Positions 13,232 through 24,454 are shown, numbered from the stretch's first letter. The stretch is 64,000 nt of DNA from Thermodesulfobacteriota bacterium (GCA_040757775.1 JBFLWQ010000005.1:8295-72294); one strand, 5' to 3'. Notes: a model not told the origin generated them from the sequence alone. Made by a program: numbers and translations.

Positions 13232-13870
13232 ATGACCAGAGGGATAATTGGACGAAAGTTAGGGATGACCCAGGTTTATTCCCAAGAAGGAGATGTATTG
13301 CCGGTAACAGTGATAGAAGCAGGTCCTTGTGCTGTAGTACAAAAGAAGACTTTAGAAAATGATGGATATGATGCTTTACAATTGGGTTTTTCTCAGAAAA
13401 AGAATAACAAGATTAACAAACCCCTTGGGGGTCATTTAAAGAAACATAAGGTAAGTCCATATGCTTATCTGAAGGAATTTAAGATTGAAAAAATTGATGA
13501 CTATCAAGAAGGAGAGAAGATTACTGTTGACGTATTTAATGCTGGAGATTTTGTTGATGTAACCGGGATTAGTAAAGGTAAAGGTTTTACAGGAGTTGTT
13601 AAGAGATGGGGCTTCAGGGGAGGGCCTGGTGCTCATGGTTCAATGTTTCATAGGGCCCCTGGTTCTATTGGCGCGAGTGCTTACCCTTCAAGAGTTTTTA
13701 AAGGAAGGAAGATGCCTGGTCGTCTAGGTGGAGATACGGTAACTGTCCAGAATATCCAGGTTGTTGAAGTAATGCCCGAAGAAAATCTGATTCTAGTAAA
13801 AGGTGCTGTTCCCGGCTCTCGAAATGGAATAGTTATCATCAGGAGTAGTATAAAAAAGAGAAGTGATTAA
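13232..13870 (+). CDS. rplC: 50S ribosomal protein L3
   Basis: 212 aa, GIIGRKLGMTQVY..., ...GKGFTGVVKRWGFRGGPGAHGS. Confidence 0.96.
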   Translation: MTRGIIGRKLGMTQVYSQEGDVLPVTVIEAGPCAVVQKKTLENDGYDALQLGFSQKKNNKINKPLGGHLKKHKVSPYAYLKEFKIEKIDDYQEGEKITVDVFNAGDFVDVTGISKGKGFTGVVKRWGFRGGPGAHGSMFHRAPGSIGASAYPSRVFKGRKMPGRLGGDTVTVQNIQVVEVMPEENLILVKGAVPGSRNGIVIIRSSIKKRSD

Positions 13871-13902
13871 TGGTAGACCCAAGGGTACTTAGGAGTTAGT
13901 AA

Positions 13903-14523
13903 ATGCCGGTTCTAGATGTTTATGATATTGAAAAGAGAAAGATTTCAGAGATAAATCTCAATGACGAAATTTTTAATGTTGAGATAAAGCCACACTTAAT
14001 TTCTGATGTTGTGATTATGCAGCAGACAAATAGGAGAAGAGGGACTGCCTCAACCAAAAATCGGGCTATGGTTCAAGGGGGTGGTGTCAAACCCTGGCGT
14101 CAGAAAGGTACAGGCAGGGCTAGGGTTGGCTCACGAAGGTCTCCTCTTTGGGTAGGAGGTGGTACTGTATTTGGCCCAGCTCCCAAGGATTATTCCTATT
14201 CCCTTCCTAAGAAGATTAGAAGGGAGGCATTAAAATCTGTCTTAACTTTGAAGTTAAAGGAAGACAAGATAACTATTTTAAATAGTTTTGAGTTAAAAGA
14301 AATTAAAACCAAGTCCCTTATACAGACACTTCAGAACATGGGAGTAGAAAATGTTCTGATAATTGATGAGGATAATTTCAACCTGGAAAGGTCAGTAAGA
14401 AATATCCAAAATGTCAAACTCTTGCCCCCCGAGGGTCTAAATGTCTATGATATACTAAAATATGAAAATCTAATCCTGGTTATGCCTTCTGTTGAGAAGA
14501 TAGAGGCAAGGTTGTCACTATGA
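13903..14523 (+). CDS. rplD: 50S ribosomal protein L4
   Basis: 206 aa, ...[25 protein letters not shown]... Conserved order. Confidence 0.95.
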   Translation: MPVLDVYDIEKRKISEINLNDEIFNVEIKPHLISDVVIMQQTNRRRGTASTKNRAMVQGGGVKPWRQKGTGRARVGSRRSPLWVGGGTVFGPAPKDYSYSLPKKIRREALKSVLTLKLKEDKITILNSFELKEIKTKSLIQTLQNMGVENVLIIDEDNFNLERSVRNIQNVKLLPPEGLNVYDILKYENLILVMPSVEKIEARLSL

Positions 14524-14810
14524 AAGATTTATATAAGATTATAAAAAGCCCTATGATTACTGAAAAGGGTGATGTTCAAAAAGAGAAGTACAATCAGCTT
14601 ACCTTTGAGGTAAGTAAAAATGCCAACAAGATTGAAATAAAGAAGGCTGTGGAGAGGTTATTCAAGGTAAAGGTTTTAAATGTGAATACTTCAAATATTC
14701 GAGGTAAACCTAAACGGGTGGGTAAAAATGTTGGCAGGATGAAGGATTGGAAAAAGGCTGTTGTTACTTTGAAACCAGGAGATCATATAGACTTTTTTGA
14801 GGGTGTTTAA
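14520..14810 (+). CDS. rplW: 50S ribosomal protein L23
   Basis: 96 aa, 4-nt ATGA overlap with rplD, ...[25 protein letters not shown]... Confidence 0.94.
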   Translation: MKDLYKIIKSPMITEKGDVQKEKYNQLTFEVSKNANKIEIKKAVERLFKVKVLNVNTSNIRGKPKRVGKNVGRMKDWKKAVVTLKPGDHIDFFEGV

Positions 14811-14859
14811 ATCCTCTTGTCTTAGTAGTCTCTGACTTTGCATTCAAAGGGAGTTTTGA

Positions 14860-15684
14860 GTGAGCATAAAGATTTATAAACCAACATCACCTGGAAGGAG
14901 ATTCCAAAGCGTATTAACCTTTGAGGAGTTGACCAGTGTCAAACCTGAGAAGTCTCTTATAAGACCACTCAACAAGACCGGTGGCAGAAATGCTTATGGT
15001 AGGGTTACTTCCCGTCATATTGGTGGAAGGCATAAGAGGAGATATCGGGTTATTGATTTTAAAAGGGACAAAATCAATGTGCCGGCCAAAGTAGCCGCCA
15101 TTGAATATGATCCTAATAGATCAGCTTATATCGCTCTTTTGAACTATGCTGATGGTGAAAAAAGATATATAATTGCTCCTTTAAAAATTAAAGTCGGTGA
15201 CACTGTGATTTCAGGTGAGAATGCTGATATTAAACCAGGTAACGCTTTGCCTTTAAAAAGTATACCTTTTGGGACATTTATACATAATGTGGAATTAAGA
15301 CCCGGGAAGGGTGCCCAGTTAATAAGAGGTGCAGGAACTTTTGGTCAGTTGATAGCTAAAGAAGGAAAATATGTTCATATAAGACTGCCGTCCAATGAAG
15401 TTCGCCTGGTATTAAATACGTGTGTTGCTACAATTGGTCAGACTGGCAATATAGATCATGAAAATATATCCATAGGGAAAGCTGGAAGAAAACGATGGCT
15501 GGGTAGAAGGCCCAGAGTTCGAGGTGTTGCAATGAATCCAGTTGACCATCCTCTGGGTGGAGGTGAGGGTAAATCCTCAGGAGGCAGACACCCAGTAACC
15601 CCGTGGGGAGTTCCGACTAAAGGGTACAAAACCAGGAAAAACAAAAGTACGGATAAGTATATACTTTCAAAGAGGAAAAAATAG
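14860..15684 (+). CDS. rplB: 50S ribosomal protein L2
   Basis: 274 aa, GTG start, ...[30 protein letters not shown]... Confidence 0.97.
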   Translation: MSIKIYKPTSPGRRFQSVLTFEELTSVKPEKSLIRPLNKTGGRNAYGRVTSRHIGGRHKRRYRVIDFKRDKINVPAKVAAIEYDPNRSAYIALLNYADGEKRYIIAPLKIKVGDTVISGENADIKPGNALPLKSIPFGTFIHNVELRPGKGAQLIRGAGTFGQLIAKEGKYVHIRLPSNEVRLVLNTCVATIGQTGNIDHENISIGKAGRKRWLGRRPRVRGVAMNPVDHPLGGGEGKSSGGRHPVTPWGVPTKGYKTRKNKSTDKYILSKRKK

Positions 15685-15742
15685 ATGATCAGGCACAAGG
15701 CTGCAAAGGCACATAGGCACAAAACAGAGGATAACATACCTT

Positions 15743-15770
15743 GTACGGGCGGGGTTATTCCCGCCCCTAC
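15743..15770 (+). promoter_or_regulatory. GC-rich stem-loop inside the rplB-rpsS spacer
   Basis: GTAcGGGCGGG-gttatt-CCCGCCCcTAC. There is a 7-bp GC core (15747-15753 / 15760-15766) plus 3 flanking pairs, and no U-tract follows. It is preceded by three AGGCACA heptamers at 15691, 15707 and 15715. Confidence 0.5.
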
Positions 15771-15798
15771 TCTGTTAGAATTATAGAGGAGACTGAAT

Positions 15799-16095
15799 AT
15801 GGCACGATCAATAAAGAAAGGGCCATTTATTGATGAAAGTCTATTGAAAAAAATTAAAATAGCCAATGAAACGGTAAGCAAAAAGATAATCAAAACCTGG
15901 TCTCGCAGATCAACTATTGTGCCCGAACTGATTGGTTACACCGTTGCTGTTCACAATGGTAAAAAATTTATTCCAGTCTTTATTACTGAGAATATGGTAG
16001 GACATAAGCTTGGTGAATTTGCACCTACTAGAACATTCCACAGCCATTCAGGGGACAGGAAGAGTAAAATAGAAGGCAGGAAACAAAAAAGATAA
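15799..16095 (+). CDS. rpsS: 30S ribosomal protein S19
   Basis: 98 aa, [12 protein letters not shown]..., ...[13 protein letters not shown]... Confidence 0.96.
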   Translation: MARSIKKGPFIDESLLKKIKIANETVSKKIIKTWSRRSTIVPELIGYTVAVHNGKKFIPVFITENMVGHKLGEFAPTRTFHSHSGDRKSKIEGRKQKR

Positions 16096-16122
16096 AAGGG
16101 TGTAAAAGGTGAAAAATTAGTT

Positions 16123-16455
16123 ATGGAAGCGAAAGCATCTGTTAATTATATCAGGGTGTCACCCAGAAAAGCCAGATTAGTGGTTGACCTAGTTCGTGGT
16201 AAAAGGGTAGAAGATGCTTTGACCATCCTCTCTGTTACTCCAAAAGCATCGGCTAGGATAGTTAAAAATCTTCTGAAATCTGCTGTTGCAAATGCTTCTC
16301 ATGGTAGAAACATTGATGTGGATACTCTGTTCGTTGATACTATTTATGTCAACGAAGGGCCTACACTTAAGAGATTTAGGGCTAAGGCTATGGGAAGGGC
16401 AGGTAGAATTCTGAAAAGAACCAGTCATATAACCGTAGTCTTAAAAGAAAGATAA
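16123..16455 (+). CDS. rplV: 50S ribosomal protein L22
   Basis: 110 aa, ...[24 protein letters not shown]... Conserved order. Confidence 0.95.
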   Translation: MEAKASVNYIRVSPRKARLVVDLVRGKRVEDALTILSVTPKASARIVKNLLKSAVANASHGRNIDVDTLFVDTIYVNEGPTLKRFRAKAMGRAGRILKRTSHITVVLKER

Positions 16456-16477
16456 AATTTTTAGAAGGGAGGGGGTT

Positions 16478-17128
16478 TTGGGACAAAAGGTCCATCCAAT
16501 AGGATTCAGACTGGGAGTAACCAGAACGTGGAATTCAAAATGGTTTGCTGAAAAAGATTTTTCTAACTTACTTCAGGAAGACGTAAGGATTCGGAGGTTT
16601 ATTAAAAGCAAACTTTACCATGCTGGTGTCTCAAGGATTGAAATTGAAAGGGCTACAAATAAAGCCAAGATCAATATATATACCGTTCGCCCAGGAATTG
16701 TAATTGGTAGAAAAGGTATAGAGATTGAGGCGTTGAAGAATGAACTTAATAAGTTAACTTCAAAAGAGATTTATATAAATATTCAAGAAGTTCGCAAACC
16801 AGAGATTGATGCTCAGTTAGTTGCCGAAAATACAGCATTACAGCTGGAAAGAAGAGTTGCTTTTCGAAGGGCTATGAAGAGGAGTGTGACAACGGCATTA
16901 AGATTGGGTGCTCAAGGGATAAAAATCTCCTGTGCCGGAAGACTGGGTGGCGCAGAAATGGCAAGGAGGGAGTGGTATCGGGAAGGCAGGGTTCCTTTAC
17001 ATACCTTAAGGGCTGACATTGACTATGGATTTGCGGAGGCTCATACCACTTATGGAATTATTGGTGTAAAGGTCTGGATATTTAAAGGTGAGATCCTTTC
17101 AAAAAAGAGAGAGGCAGAGAAATCGTGA
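16478..17128 (+). CDS. rpsC: 30S ribosomal protein S3
   Basis: 216 aa, TTG start, [13 protein letters not shown]..., ...[31 protein letters not shown]... Confidence 0.96.
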   Translation: MGQKVHPIGFRLGVTRTWNSKWFAEKDFSNLLQEDVRIRRFIKSKLYHAGVSRIEIERATNKAKINIYTVRPGIVIGRKGIEIEALKNELNKLTSKEIYINIQEVRKPEIDAQLVAENTALQLERRVAFRRAMKRSVTTALRLGAQGIKISCAGRLGGAEMARREWYREGRVPLHTLRADIDYGFAEAHTTYGIIGVKVWIFKGEILSKKREAEKS

Positions 17129-17198
17129 GTCGTAAGTAGAATAAAACCGATTCACGATTTACAATTCACGAATTTGATCAGATAGGGAAGTATTTACT

Positions 17199-17624
17199 AT
17201 GTTGCAACCCAAAAAGGTTAAATACCGGAAACAACAGAGAGGTAGAAGGAGGGGAATATCGTCCAGAGGTTCTACCATCGATTTTGGTGATTTTGCTCTT
17301 CAAGCCGAAGAATGTGGTTGGTTAACAGCGCGCCAAATTGAAGCGGCTCGAATAGCAATGACACGGCATGTAAAGAGAGGTGGAAAGATTTGGATCAGAA
17401 TATTCCCTGATAAACCAATCACTGCTAAACCTGCTGAAACAAGAATGGGAAAAGGCAAAGGGCCTCCTGCGGATTGGGTAGCTGTAATAAAACCAGGCAG
17501 AATACTATATGAAATGGAAGGTGTAGAAGAAGATACTGCCCGTGAAGCTTTTAGGTTAGCCAGTTATAAATTGCCAATACGCACGAGGGTTACTTCGCGG
17601 GGGAGGGGCCATGAAGGCAAGTGA
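17199..17624 (+). CDS. rplP: 50S ribosomal protein L16
   Basis: 141 aa, [16 protein letters not shown]..., ...RMGKGKG... Confidence 0.96.
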   Translation: MLQPKKVKYRKQQRGRRRGISSRGSTIDFGDFALQAEECGWLTARQIEAARIAMTRHVKRGGKIWIRIFPDKPITAKPAETRMGKGKGPPADWVAVIKPGRILYEMEGVEEDTAREAFRLASYKLPIRTRVTSRGRGHEGK

Positions 17625-17808
17625 AATTCGAGAGTTAAGTGATATAGAGCTTAGGCAAAAGGAGAAGCATCTATCAGAAGAATTGTTTAACTTGAAATTC
17701 CAGCTTGCAACAGGGCAGCTTGAAAATACCATGAGGGTCCCTCAGGTAAAAAAGGATTTAGCAAGGATCAAAACCATCCTTAAGGAAAAGGTAACTATTC
17801 AGCCATGA
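17611..17808 (+). CDS. rpmC: 50S ribosomal protein L29
   Basis: 65 aa, overlaps the rplP end by 14 nt, ...[14 protein letters not shown]... Confidence 0.93.
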   Translation: MKASEIRELSDIELRQKEKHLSEELFNLKFQLATGQLENTMRVPQVKKDLARIKTILKEKVTIQP

Positions 17809-17951
17809 AAGGCGAGAAGCCTGTCCTACTGTGTTGTATAACCACCTGCGAGGTAGTCCGCCAAAGCGGATCGGCTGTCTATAAATACAGGGTTTTAGAT
17901 AAATGCTGAATAGTTACTGGAAAAGAAACTATAGAATAAGGGGAGACAAAA

Positions 17952-18209
17952 GTGGGAGAGAGGGGGCGTAGAAAGACCCAGGTTGGAGTAGTTGTAAGTA
18001 ACAAAATGGATAAAACCGTGGTTGTTCAAGTAGACAAGGTTTTGAAACATCCAATATACAAAAAGTATATTAGTAGAAGGAATAAATATAAGGCACATAA
18101 TGAAAGAAATGATTGTAATGTGGGAGATAGGGTTTTAATAATAGAAAGCAGACCTTTGAGCAAAGAAAAGATGTGGCGAGTTTATAAGATATTAGAAAAA
18201 GCGGTTTAA
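17952..18209 (+). CDS. rpsQ: 30S ribosomal protein S17
   Basis: 85 aa, GTG start after GGGGAG, ...[17 protein letters not shown]...HPIYKKY... Confidence 0.94.
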   Translation: MGERGRRKTQVGVVVSNKMDKTVVVQVDKVLKHPIYKKYISRRNKYKAHNERNDCNVGDRVLIIESRPLSKEKMWRVYKILEKAV

Positions 18210-18251
18210 AGTAATAAGTGGGGTTAAATACTGTGTTTTGAGGGGCAAGCA

Positions 18252-18620
18252 ATGATTCAGATGCAGACAGTGCTCAATGTGGCAGATAATTCTGGGGCAA
18301 AAAAGTTATTCTGTATTAAAGTGTTGGGTGGAACCAGAAGGAGATATGCCAGTCTTGGTGATATTATTGTGGTTTCAGTGAAGGAGGCTATTCCGAACTC
18401 AAAGGTTAAAAAAGGTAATGTATCCAGGGCTGTAGTTGTTCGCACTGTTAAAGAGGTAAGGAGAAAAGACGGCTCCTATATAAAATTTGATGATAATTCA
18501 GCAGTGCTTATTAATCCCCAAAATGAACCAATTGGAACTAGGATTTTCGGTCCTGTTGCTAGAGAACTCAGGGCTAAAAAATTTATGAAGATTGTATCAT
18601 TAGCTCCAGAGGTGCTGTGA
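18252..18620 (+). CDS. rplN: 50S ribosomal protein L14
   Basis: 122 aa, [18 protein letters not shown]... Confidence 0.97.
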   Translation: MIQMQTVLNVADNSGAKKLFCIKVLGGTRRRYASLGDIIVVSVKEAIPNSKVKKGNVSRAVVVRTVKEVRRKDGSYIKFDDNSAVLINPQNEPIGTRIFGPVARELRAKKFMKIVSLAPEVL

Positions 18621-18638
18621 TTTAATAGAGAGGTTTTG

Positions 18639-18965
18639 ATGTCTCAGACAAAATTCCATGTTAAAAAGGACGATCCAGTAGAGGTAATTGCCGGTAAGGA
18701 AAAGGGGAGAAAAGGCAAGATTTTAAAGGTTATACCTGAAAAAAATCGCGTAATAGTTGAAAAGGTTAATCTGATCAAGAGACATGCTCGAGCATCCCAA
18801 ACCAGTAAGGGTGGGATTGTTGAGAAAGAGGGTAGTATTCATATTTCTAATGTCATGATAGTTTGCAAAAAATGTAATTCTCCAGTTAGGACCAGGAAAA
18901 AAGTTCTAGATGACGGGGAAAAAGTACGGGTCTGTGTCAAGTGTGAGGAGATCCTTGGTAAATAA
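18639..18965 (+). CDS. rplX: 50S ribosomal protein L24 (with CxxC...CxxC C-terminal motif)
   Basis: KOW region [27 protein letters not shown] 18639 is preferred over the adjacent TTG at 18636. Conserved order. Confidence 0.94.
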   Translation: MSQTKFHVKKDDPVEVIAGKEKGRKGKILKVIPEKNRVIVEKVNLIKRHARASQTSKGGIVEKEGSIHISNVMIVCKKCNSPVRTRKKVLDDGEKVRVCVKCEEILGK

Positions 18966-18995
18966 AATAAAAAAGGATAGGGTTAAGGAATTTCG

Positions 18996-19535
18996 ATGGC
19001 AAGGTTAAAAGACTTTTACATGAAAGAGATAATGCCAGCTTTAATGAAAGAGTTTAACTACAGGAACCCGATGGAGGTCCCTAAACTTGAAAAGATAGTA
19101 ATAAATATGGGGCTGGGGGAGGCTATTCAGAATATCAAATTGCTGGATTCTGCGACTTCTGAGCTGTCTTTAATAATCGGTCAAAAGCCTATTATTACCA
19201 GGGCTAAAAAGTCTATTGCTTCATTTAAGCTGAGGGAAGGTGTTCCTATCGGTTGTATGGTAACTTTAAGAAGGGAAAGGATGTATGAATTCTTCGATAG
19301 ATTAGTCAATATAGCCCTTCCTAGAGTTAGGGATTTTAAAGGTGTAAGTGGAAAATCTTTTGACGGAAGAGGCAATTATTCTTTAGGAATAAAAGAACAT
19401 ATTATATTTCCTGAGATTGATTATGATAAAATTGACAAAATAAAAGGTATGAATGTGGTTATTGTTACTACAGCCAAGACCGATGAAGAAGCTAAATCTC
19501 TGCTGAGTTTATTAGGGGTACCTTTTAGGGATTAG
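18996..19535 (+). CDS. rplE: 50S ribosomal protein L5
   Basis: 179 aa, MARLKDFY..., ...[25 protein letters not shown]... Confidence 0.96.
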   Translation: MARLKDFYMKEIMPALMKEFNYRNPMEVPKLEKIVINMGLGEAIQNIKLLDSATSELSLIIGQKPIITRAKKSIASFKLREGVPIGCMVTLRRERMYEFFDRLVNIALPRVRDFKGVSGKSFDGRGNYSLGIKEHIIFPEIDYDKIDKIKGMNVVIVTTAKTDEEAKSLLSLLGVPFRD

Positions 19536-19600
19536 GTGCATTAATTAAGGTAAGGATGTTTGACTTTAATTGGGGTAAGCTTTTTTGATGGAGGAATTTT

Positions 19601-19786
19601 GTGGCCAAAAAATCTTTGGTTATAAAGGCTAAAAAACCTAAGAAGTTCAAAGTTAGAGGATACAATCGTTGTCCCATTTGTGGGAGGGCTAGAGGGTACT
19701 ATAGGAAGTTTAATATGTGTCGCATATGTCTTCGTAATTATGCATTGAAAGGTGACATACCAGGAACCGTCAAATCTAGCTGGTAA
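19601..19786 (+). CDS. rpsN: 30S ribosomal protein S14, zinc-ribbon (type Z) form
   Basis: 61 aa, GTG start, CPICGRARG...CRICLR, ends ...PGTVKSSW. Confidence 0.95.
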   Translation: MAKKSLVIKAKKPKKFKVRGYNRCPICGRARGYYRKFNMCRICLRNYALKGDIPGTVKSSW

Positions 19787-19817
19787 AGAAAATTTTGTAG
19801 AAAGGGGTTGAAAAGCT

Positions 19818-20213
19818 GTGATGACTGATCCTTTTGCAGATATGCTTACCCGTATTAGAAATGCCAACAAGGCAAAATTCAAGAAAGTCGATATGCCTTC
19901 CTCTAATTTAAAGGTTAGTGTAGCAAAGATATTAAAGGATGAAGGTTATATTAAAAACTATAAGGTAATAAAAGATAGTAAACAGGGAGTCTTGACTATA
20001 TATCTCAAATATGATGATGAAAACAACACGGTTATTACCGGGCTAAAAAGGATTAGTAAACCAGGGCGCAGGGTTTATGTTAAAAAAGACAAGATTCCAA
20101 GGGTGTTAACTGGCTTGGGCATAAATATTTTGTCAACCCCGAAAGGGATTTTAACAGATAAAAAGGCCAGAGAATCTAACGTTGGTGGAGAGCTACTCTG
20201 TTCTGTATGGTAG
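19818..20213 (+). CDS. rpsH: 30S ribosomal protein S8
   Basis: 131 aa, (M)[15 protein letters not shown]... Either GTG 19818 or ATG 19821 could be the start. Confidence 0.96.
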   Translation: MMTDPFADMLTRIRNANKAKFKKVDMPSSNLKVSVAKILKDEGYIKNYKVIKDSKQGVLTIYLKYDDENNTVITGLKRISKPGRRVYVKKDKIPRVLTGLGINILSTPKGILTDKKARESNVGGELLCSVW

Positions 20214-20247
20214 GTTTTTAGTTTCGAACTTTTTCTTAAGGAGAATA

Positions 20248-20790
20248 ATGATGTCACGAATTGGTAAACTGCCAATTCCAGTTCCAAAAGGCGTGGAGGT
20301 AATCTTTGAGGATGCTACTTTAAGAGTAAAGGGCACAAAAGGAGAACTGACTCAAGAGATAGACGGGAGAATTGGTCTGACATTTGATAGTGAGAAAATA
20401 GTAGTTAATAGAAAAGATGATGATAAGAAGACCAGGGCACTCCAGGGATTAACCAGAAGTTTAATTGCCAATATGGTGGAGGGAGTGACAAAGGGTTTTG
20501 CAAAAACCCTTAATATTGTTGGAGTAGGCTATCGTGCTGAGTTAAAAGGAGATATACTGGGTTTGAATTTAGGATACTCACATCCAATAGAGTTTGTGCT
20601 TCCCAAAGGTGTCAATGCTCAGGTGGATAAGCAAGTTAAGATTACAGTTGAGGGGATTGATAAGCAATTGGTTGGAGAGATTGCCGCAAAGATTAGGTCA
20701 TTTAGAATGCCGGAACCATATAAAGGCAAGGGTATTCTGTACTCCGATGAGAGGATTCGTCGAAAGATCGGGAAATCTGGAATTAAATAA
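20248..20790 (+). CDS. rplF: 50S ribosomal protein L6
   Basis: [18 protein letters not shown]... The ORF-track start at 20182 is an upstream extension overlapping rpsH. AAGGAG at 20238-20243 precedes ATG 20248 and ATG 20251. Confidence 0.95.
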   Translation: MMSRIGKLPIPVPKGVEVIFEDATLRVKGTKGELTQEIDGRIGLTFDSEKIVVNRKDDDKKTRALQGLTRSLIANMVEGVTKGFAKTLNIVGVGYRAELKGDILGLNLGYSHPIEFVLPKGVNAQVDKQVKITVEGIDKQLVGEIAAKIRSFRMPEPYKGKGILYSDERIRRKIGKSGIK

Positions 20791-20804
20791 AGGTAGGAAT
20801 AGAG

Positions 20805-21173
20805 ATGGCTTTGAGAAAATTGAAAGAGTTGTCCAGAATAAAACGTAAAAAACGGATCAGAAAAAAGATAAGAGGAACCAGTGAGAGACCCAGACTCTGT
20901 GTATTTCGATCCTCTAAACATATCTATGCCCAGGTAATCGATGATACTACTGGGAGAACTATAACGTCAGCTTCTACTTTGAGTAAAGAGATTAGGGATG
21001 GGTTGAAAGACTCTGGGAATATAGAAGCGGCTAAAAAGGTTGGGGAATTAATAGCTAAAAATTCCCTGGATAGGGATATAAAAAAAGTGGTGTTTGATAG
21101 AAATGGCTATTTGTATCATGGCAAGGTTAAAGCTTTGGCTCTTTTGGCTAGAGAAAAGGGGCTAGAATTTTAG
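20805..21173 (+). CDS. rplR: 50S ribosomal protein L18
   Basis: 122 aa, ...[26 protein letters not shown]... Confidence 0.95.
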   Translation: MALRKLKELSRIKRKKRIRKKIRGTSERPRLCVFRSSKHIYAQVIDDTTGRTITSASTLSKEIRDGLKDSGNIEAAKKVGELIAKNSLDRDIKKVVFDRNGYLYHGKVKALALLAREKGLEF

Positions 21174-21221
21174 TTTTTGAAAGTTAACCTGATTGTGAAG
21201 GAATTGCAAAGGAGGAGGTAA

Positions 21222-21719
21222 TTGCCCACTATTAATCCCAATGAGTTGGATTTGATGGATAAGGTTGTTAGCATTAACAGAGTTGCAAAGGTAGTTAAAG
21301 GTGGAAGAAGGTTTAGTTTCAGTGCCCTTGTTGTAGTTGGTAATGGAAATGGTGTGGTTGGAAGTGGGTTAGGGAAGGCGAATGAAGTGCCAGAGGCTAT
21401 TAGAAAAGGGATAGGGCGAGCAAAGAAGGAACTTATTCGAGTCCCAATTATAAATGATACAATCCCTTATGAAGTAATAGGCCGATATGGTGCAGGCAGT
21501 GTTATTTTAAAGCCTGCGTCTAAAGGGACAGGCATTATCGCAGGAGGGTCTGTTAGAGCAGTTGTTGAAGCAACAGGGATTGCAAATATTCTGACGAAGT
21601 GTTTGGGGTCACATAACCCTCATAATGCTGTTAAAGCCACGATTAATGCCTTAAGCCAGCTTATGAGTCCTGAAGAGATGGCAAAAAAACGTGGTAAAGA
21701 TTTGAGCGAGATTGTTTGA
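21222..21719 (+). CDS. rpsE: 30S ribosomal protein S5
   Basis: 165 aa, TTG start after GGAGGAGG, ...[39 protein letters not shown]... Confidence 0.96.
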   Translation: MPTINPNELDLMDKVVSINRVAKVVKGGRRFSFSALVVVGNGNGVVGSGLGKANEVPEAIRKGIGRAKKELIRVPIINDTIPYEVIGRYGAGSVILKPASKGTGIIAGGSVRAVVEATGIANILTKCLGSHNPHNAVKATINALSQLMSPEEMAKKRGKDLSEIV

Positions 21720-21733
21720 AGGGAAACTATTTT

Positions 21734-21925
21734 ATGGGCACAAAGGAGTTTAAGGTAAGGCTGAAGAAGAGTGGTATTGGTAGACCTTGGAGACAGAAAG
21801 AGACATTAACTGGACTGGGCTTAACTAAGCTTAATAAAACAGTTACTTTAAAGGATACTCCTGAAAGTCGAGGAATGGTTAAGAAAGTATCACATTTGGT
21901 TGAGGTTATTGAACATGAGACTTAA
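21734..21925 (+). CDS. rpmD: 50S ribosomal protein L30
   Basis: Internal ATG 21734 gives MGTKEFKVRLKKSGIGRPWRQKETLTGLGL, the typical L30 length. The ORF-track start at 21716 overlaps the rpsE stop. Confidence 0.9.
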   Translation: MGTKEFKVRLKKSGIGRPWRQKETLTGLGLTKLNKTVTLKDTPESRGMVKKVSHLVEVIEHET

Positions 21926-22355
21926 TGAATTGAAGCCTTCTACCAGGTTTAAAAAGAGAAAAAAGAGGGTTGGGCGGGGACAGGGTTCTGGGCATGGGCA
22001 GACTGCCTGCAAAGGATCTAAGGGGCAGAGGTCCCGCTCAGGAAGGAGTACTCCCCCTGGCTTTGAAGGGGGGCAAATGCCCCTTAAGCGTCGTCTTCCC
22101 AAGAGGGGGTTTACTAATATATTTAAAAAGAGATATGTCTTGATAAATGTAAGAGACTTAAATATATTTGAAGAAGGGGCTGTGGTAGATGATAAGGCAT
22201 TGATCGAATATGGACTGATAAAAGGTTCTTATGATGGCATAAAGGTATTAGGAAATGGAGAAATTAGTTATCCTCTTACAGTTAAAGTTCACAGGTATAG
22301 TAAACCGGCCAAAGATAAGATTGAGGCTGTTGGCGGGAAGATAGAGGTGGTTTAA
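21915..22355 (+). CDS. rplO: 50S ribosomal protein L15
   Basis: MRLNELKPSTRFKKRKKRVGRGQGSGHG... from ATG 21915. Overlaps the rpmD end by 11 nt. Confidence 0.94.
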   Translation: MRLNELKPSTRFKKRKKRVGRGQGSGHGQTACKGSKGQRSRSGRSTPPGFEGGQMPLKRRLPKRGFTNIFKKRYVLINVRDLNIFEEGAVVDDKALIEYGLIKGSYDGIKVLGNGEISYPLTVKVHRYSKPAKDKIEAVGGKIEVV

Positions 22356-23681
22356 TTGCTAGTCGGGTTTCAGAATATACCAAAGATTCCTGAGTTAAAA
22401 AAGCGTATTCTCATGACGCTCCTCTTATTAACTGTCTACCGAATTGGTGTCCATGTGCCGACCCCTGGAATTAATAGGGAAGCATTAGCTTCGTTCTTTG
22501 CTCAGGCTAAAAGTACTCTACTTGGTTTATTTGATATGTTTTCAGGTGGGGCATTGGAGAATCTGTCAGTGTTTGCTCTTGGTATAATGCCTTACATCAG
22601 TGCCTCTATTATTCTGCAACTGCTTACCGTAGTTAGCCCCCATTTGGAGAGATTGTCCAAAGAGGGTGAAGCGGGAAGGAGAAAAATAACTCAGTATACC
22701 AGATATGGTACGATCGTTTTGAGTATTATTCAAGGCTTTGGTATAAGTGTCGGTCTGGAGAGGATGACAGGCCCCGCAGGAGAGATGATAGCCCTCAACC
22801 CTGGTTTATCCTTTAAGATAATGACAGTTATAACTTTGACATCTGGAACGGCATTTATCATGTGGCTTGGCGAGCAGATTACTGAGCGGGGGATTGGAAA
22901 CGGTATTTCTCTTATAATATTTGCTGGTATTGTTGCTCGAATGCCATCTGCAATCATTAATACGATACGCCTTTTAAAAACAGGAGAAATGGCAATATTT
23001 TTAATTTTGGTAATTGTGGCTATGATGATCGTTGTAGTTGGGGTTATAGTTTTTGTGGAGCGTGGACAGAGGCGACTTCCTGTCCAGTATCCGAAGAGGG
23101 TGATGGGCAGAAAGATGTACGGTGGGCAGAGTACTCATCTGCCTCTTAGAGTAAACACAGCAGGGGTTATTCCCCCGATATTCGCTTCTTCAATATTGAT
23201 GTTTCCTTTAACCATTGCCAATTTTTTACCTAAATCCTGGATAGAACTCTATCCATGGCTTCAGAATATAACTGCCAGTTTAGGCCCTGGTAAACTTATT
23301 TACAGTATTCTATATGTAGGTTTTATTGTATTCTTTTGTTACTTTTATACGGCAGTTACCTTTAACCCCGTTGATGTCGCCGATAATATGAAGAAATATG
23401 GCGGCTATATACCAGGGATAAGGCCTGGTAAAAAAACTGCCGAATATATAGATAAAGTTCTTACAAGAATCACTTTGGGGGGAGCTGTTTATGTTTCAGC
23501 TGTATGCGTGTTGCCTACAATCCTTACCAGTAAATTCAACGTGCCTTTTTACTTTGGAGGTACGGCATTACTGATTGTGGTTGGAGTTGCCATGGATACA
23601 GCTTCACAGATTGAATCCCACTTACTTACAAGACAGTATGAAGGTTTTTTGAAAAAAGCGAGGATAAAAGGACGTCGTTAA
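22356..23681 (+). CDS. secY: preprotein translocase subunit SecY
   Basis: 441 aa, multi-TM, N-terminus ...[22 protein letters not shown] start directly after the rplO stop. Canonical spc-operon position. Confidence 0.95.
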   Translation: MLVGFQNIPKIPELKKRILMTLLLLTVYRIGVHVPTPGINREALASFFAQAKSTLLGLFDMFSGGALENLSVFALGIMPYISASIILQLLTVVSPHLERLSKEGEAGRRKITQYTRYGTIVLSIIQGFGISVGLERMTGPAGEMIALNPGLSFKIMTVITLTSGTAFIMWLGEQITERGIGNGISLIIFAGIVARMPSAIINTIRLLKTGEMAIFLILVIVAMMIVVVGVIVFVERGQRRLPVQYPKRVMGRKMYGGQSTHLPLRVNTAGVIPPIFASSILMFPLTIANFLPKSWIELYPWLQNITASLGPGKLIYSILYVGFIVFFCYFYTAVTFNPVDVADNMKKYGGYIPGIRPGKKTAEYIDKVLTRITLGGAVYVSAVCVLPTILTSKFNVPFYFGGTALLIVVGVAMDTASQIESHLLTRQYEGFLKKARIKGRR

Positions 23682-23701
23682 TAAGGCAGTCCACTGTTCA
23701 T

Positions 23702-23723
23702 CGTTTACATTTCAACGTAAACG
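23702..23723 (+). promoter_or_regulatory. small stem-loop in the secY-adk spacer
   Basis: CGTTTAC-atttcaac-GTAAACG (7 bp) followed by GTTTG. This is a weak terminator or attenuator candidate. Confidence 0.25.
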
Positions 23724-23787
23724 GTTTGCCAATAACTACCCTCTCCTTAGTCCGGAAAGGGTTAAGATAGAAGAAGGAGTTTAGATT

Positions 23788-24435
23788 ATGAATCTGATAC
23801 TGTTAGGTCCACCTGGTTCCGGAAAGGGCACTCAAGCAAAGATGTTAATTGACAAGTACAATATTCCTCAAATTTCAACCGGGGACATACTCAGGGAAGC
23901 GGTTAAGGAGGGTTCTCCCTTGGGGAAGCAGGCAAGGAGTTTCATGGATAAAGGTGCCCTGGTTCCAGATGAGGTTGTTATAGGGATAATTGAAGAAAGG
24001 TTAAAAAAACCTGACTGTAAAGGGGGGTTTATTTTGGACGGTTTTCCCCGAACAGTAGCTCAGGCTGAGGCTTTAGGCGCTATTTTAGAGAAGATGGGTT
24101 TAAAGATCGAACACTTAATCAATATTGAGATAGACGATAAAGAGCTGTTAAAGAGACTCACGGGCAGGAGAACCTGTAAAAAATGTGGGCAAGGATATCA
24201 TATAATCTTTGATCCGCCTATAAATAAAGATGTCTGCAATAAGTGTAAAGGGGAACTCTACCAGAGAGATGACGATAAAGAGGATACTATAAAGAGCAGG
24301 CTAAAGGTTTATCACGAACAAACTGCCCCTGTAGTTGAATTTTATCAGAAAAAGAATATAGCTAAGGCTATTAATGGTATTGGTAAAATAGACGAAATTT
24401 TTAAAAGGATTACAGATATTATTGAACGTGAATAA
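23788..24435 (+). CDS. adk: adenylate kinase (zinc-lid type)
   Basis: 215 aa, P-loop GPPGSGKGTQ, lid cysteines CKKCGQGYH...CNKCKGEL. Confidence 0.96.
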   Translation: MNLILLGPPGSGKGTQAKMLIDKYNIPQISTGDILREAVKEGSPLGKQARSFMDKGALVPDEVVIGIIEERLKKPDCKGGFILDGFPRTVAQAEALGAILEKMGLKIEHLINIEIDDKELLKRLTGRRTCKKCGQGYHIIFDPPINKDVCNKCKGELYQRDDDKEDTIKSRLKVYHEQTAPVVEFYQKKNIAKAINGIGKIDEIFKRITDIIERE

Positions 24436-24454
24436 ATCACCAAGTTGAGGTTTT

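Noticed and set aside
20594-20921. An 84-aa plus-strand ORF and a 100-aa minus-strand ORF spanning the rplF/rplR junction.
   Set aside because: Both overlap two well-supported ribosomal protein genes in alternative frames. Their translations are not protein-like, and no start signals are present.
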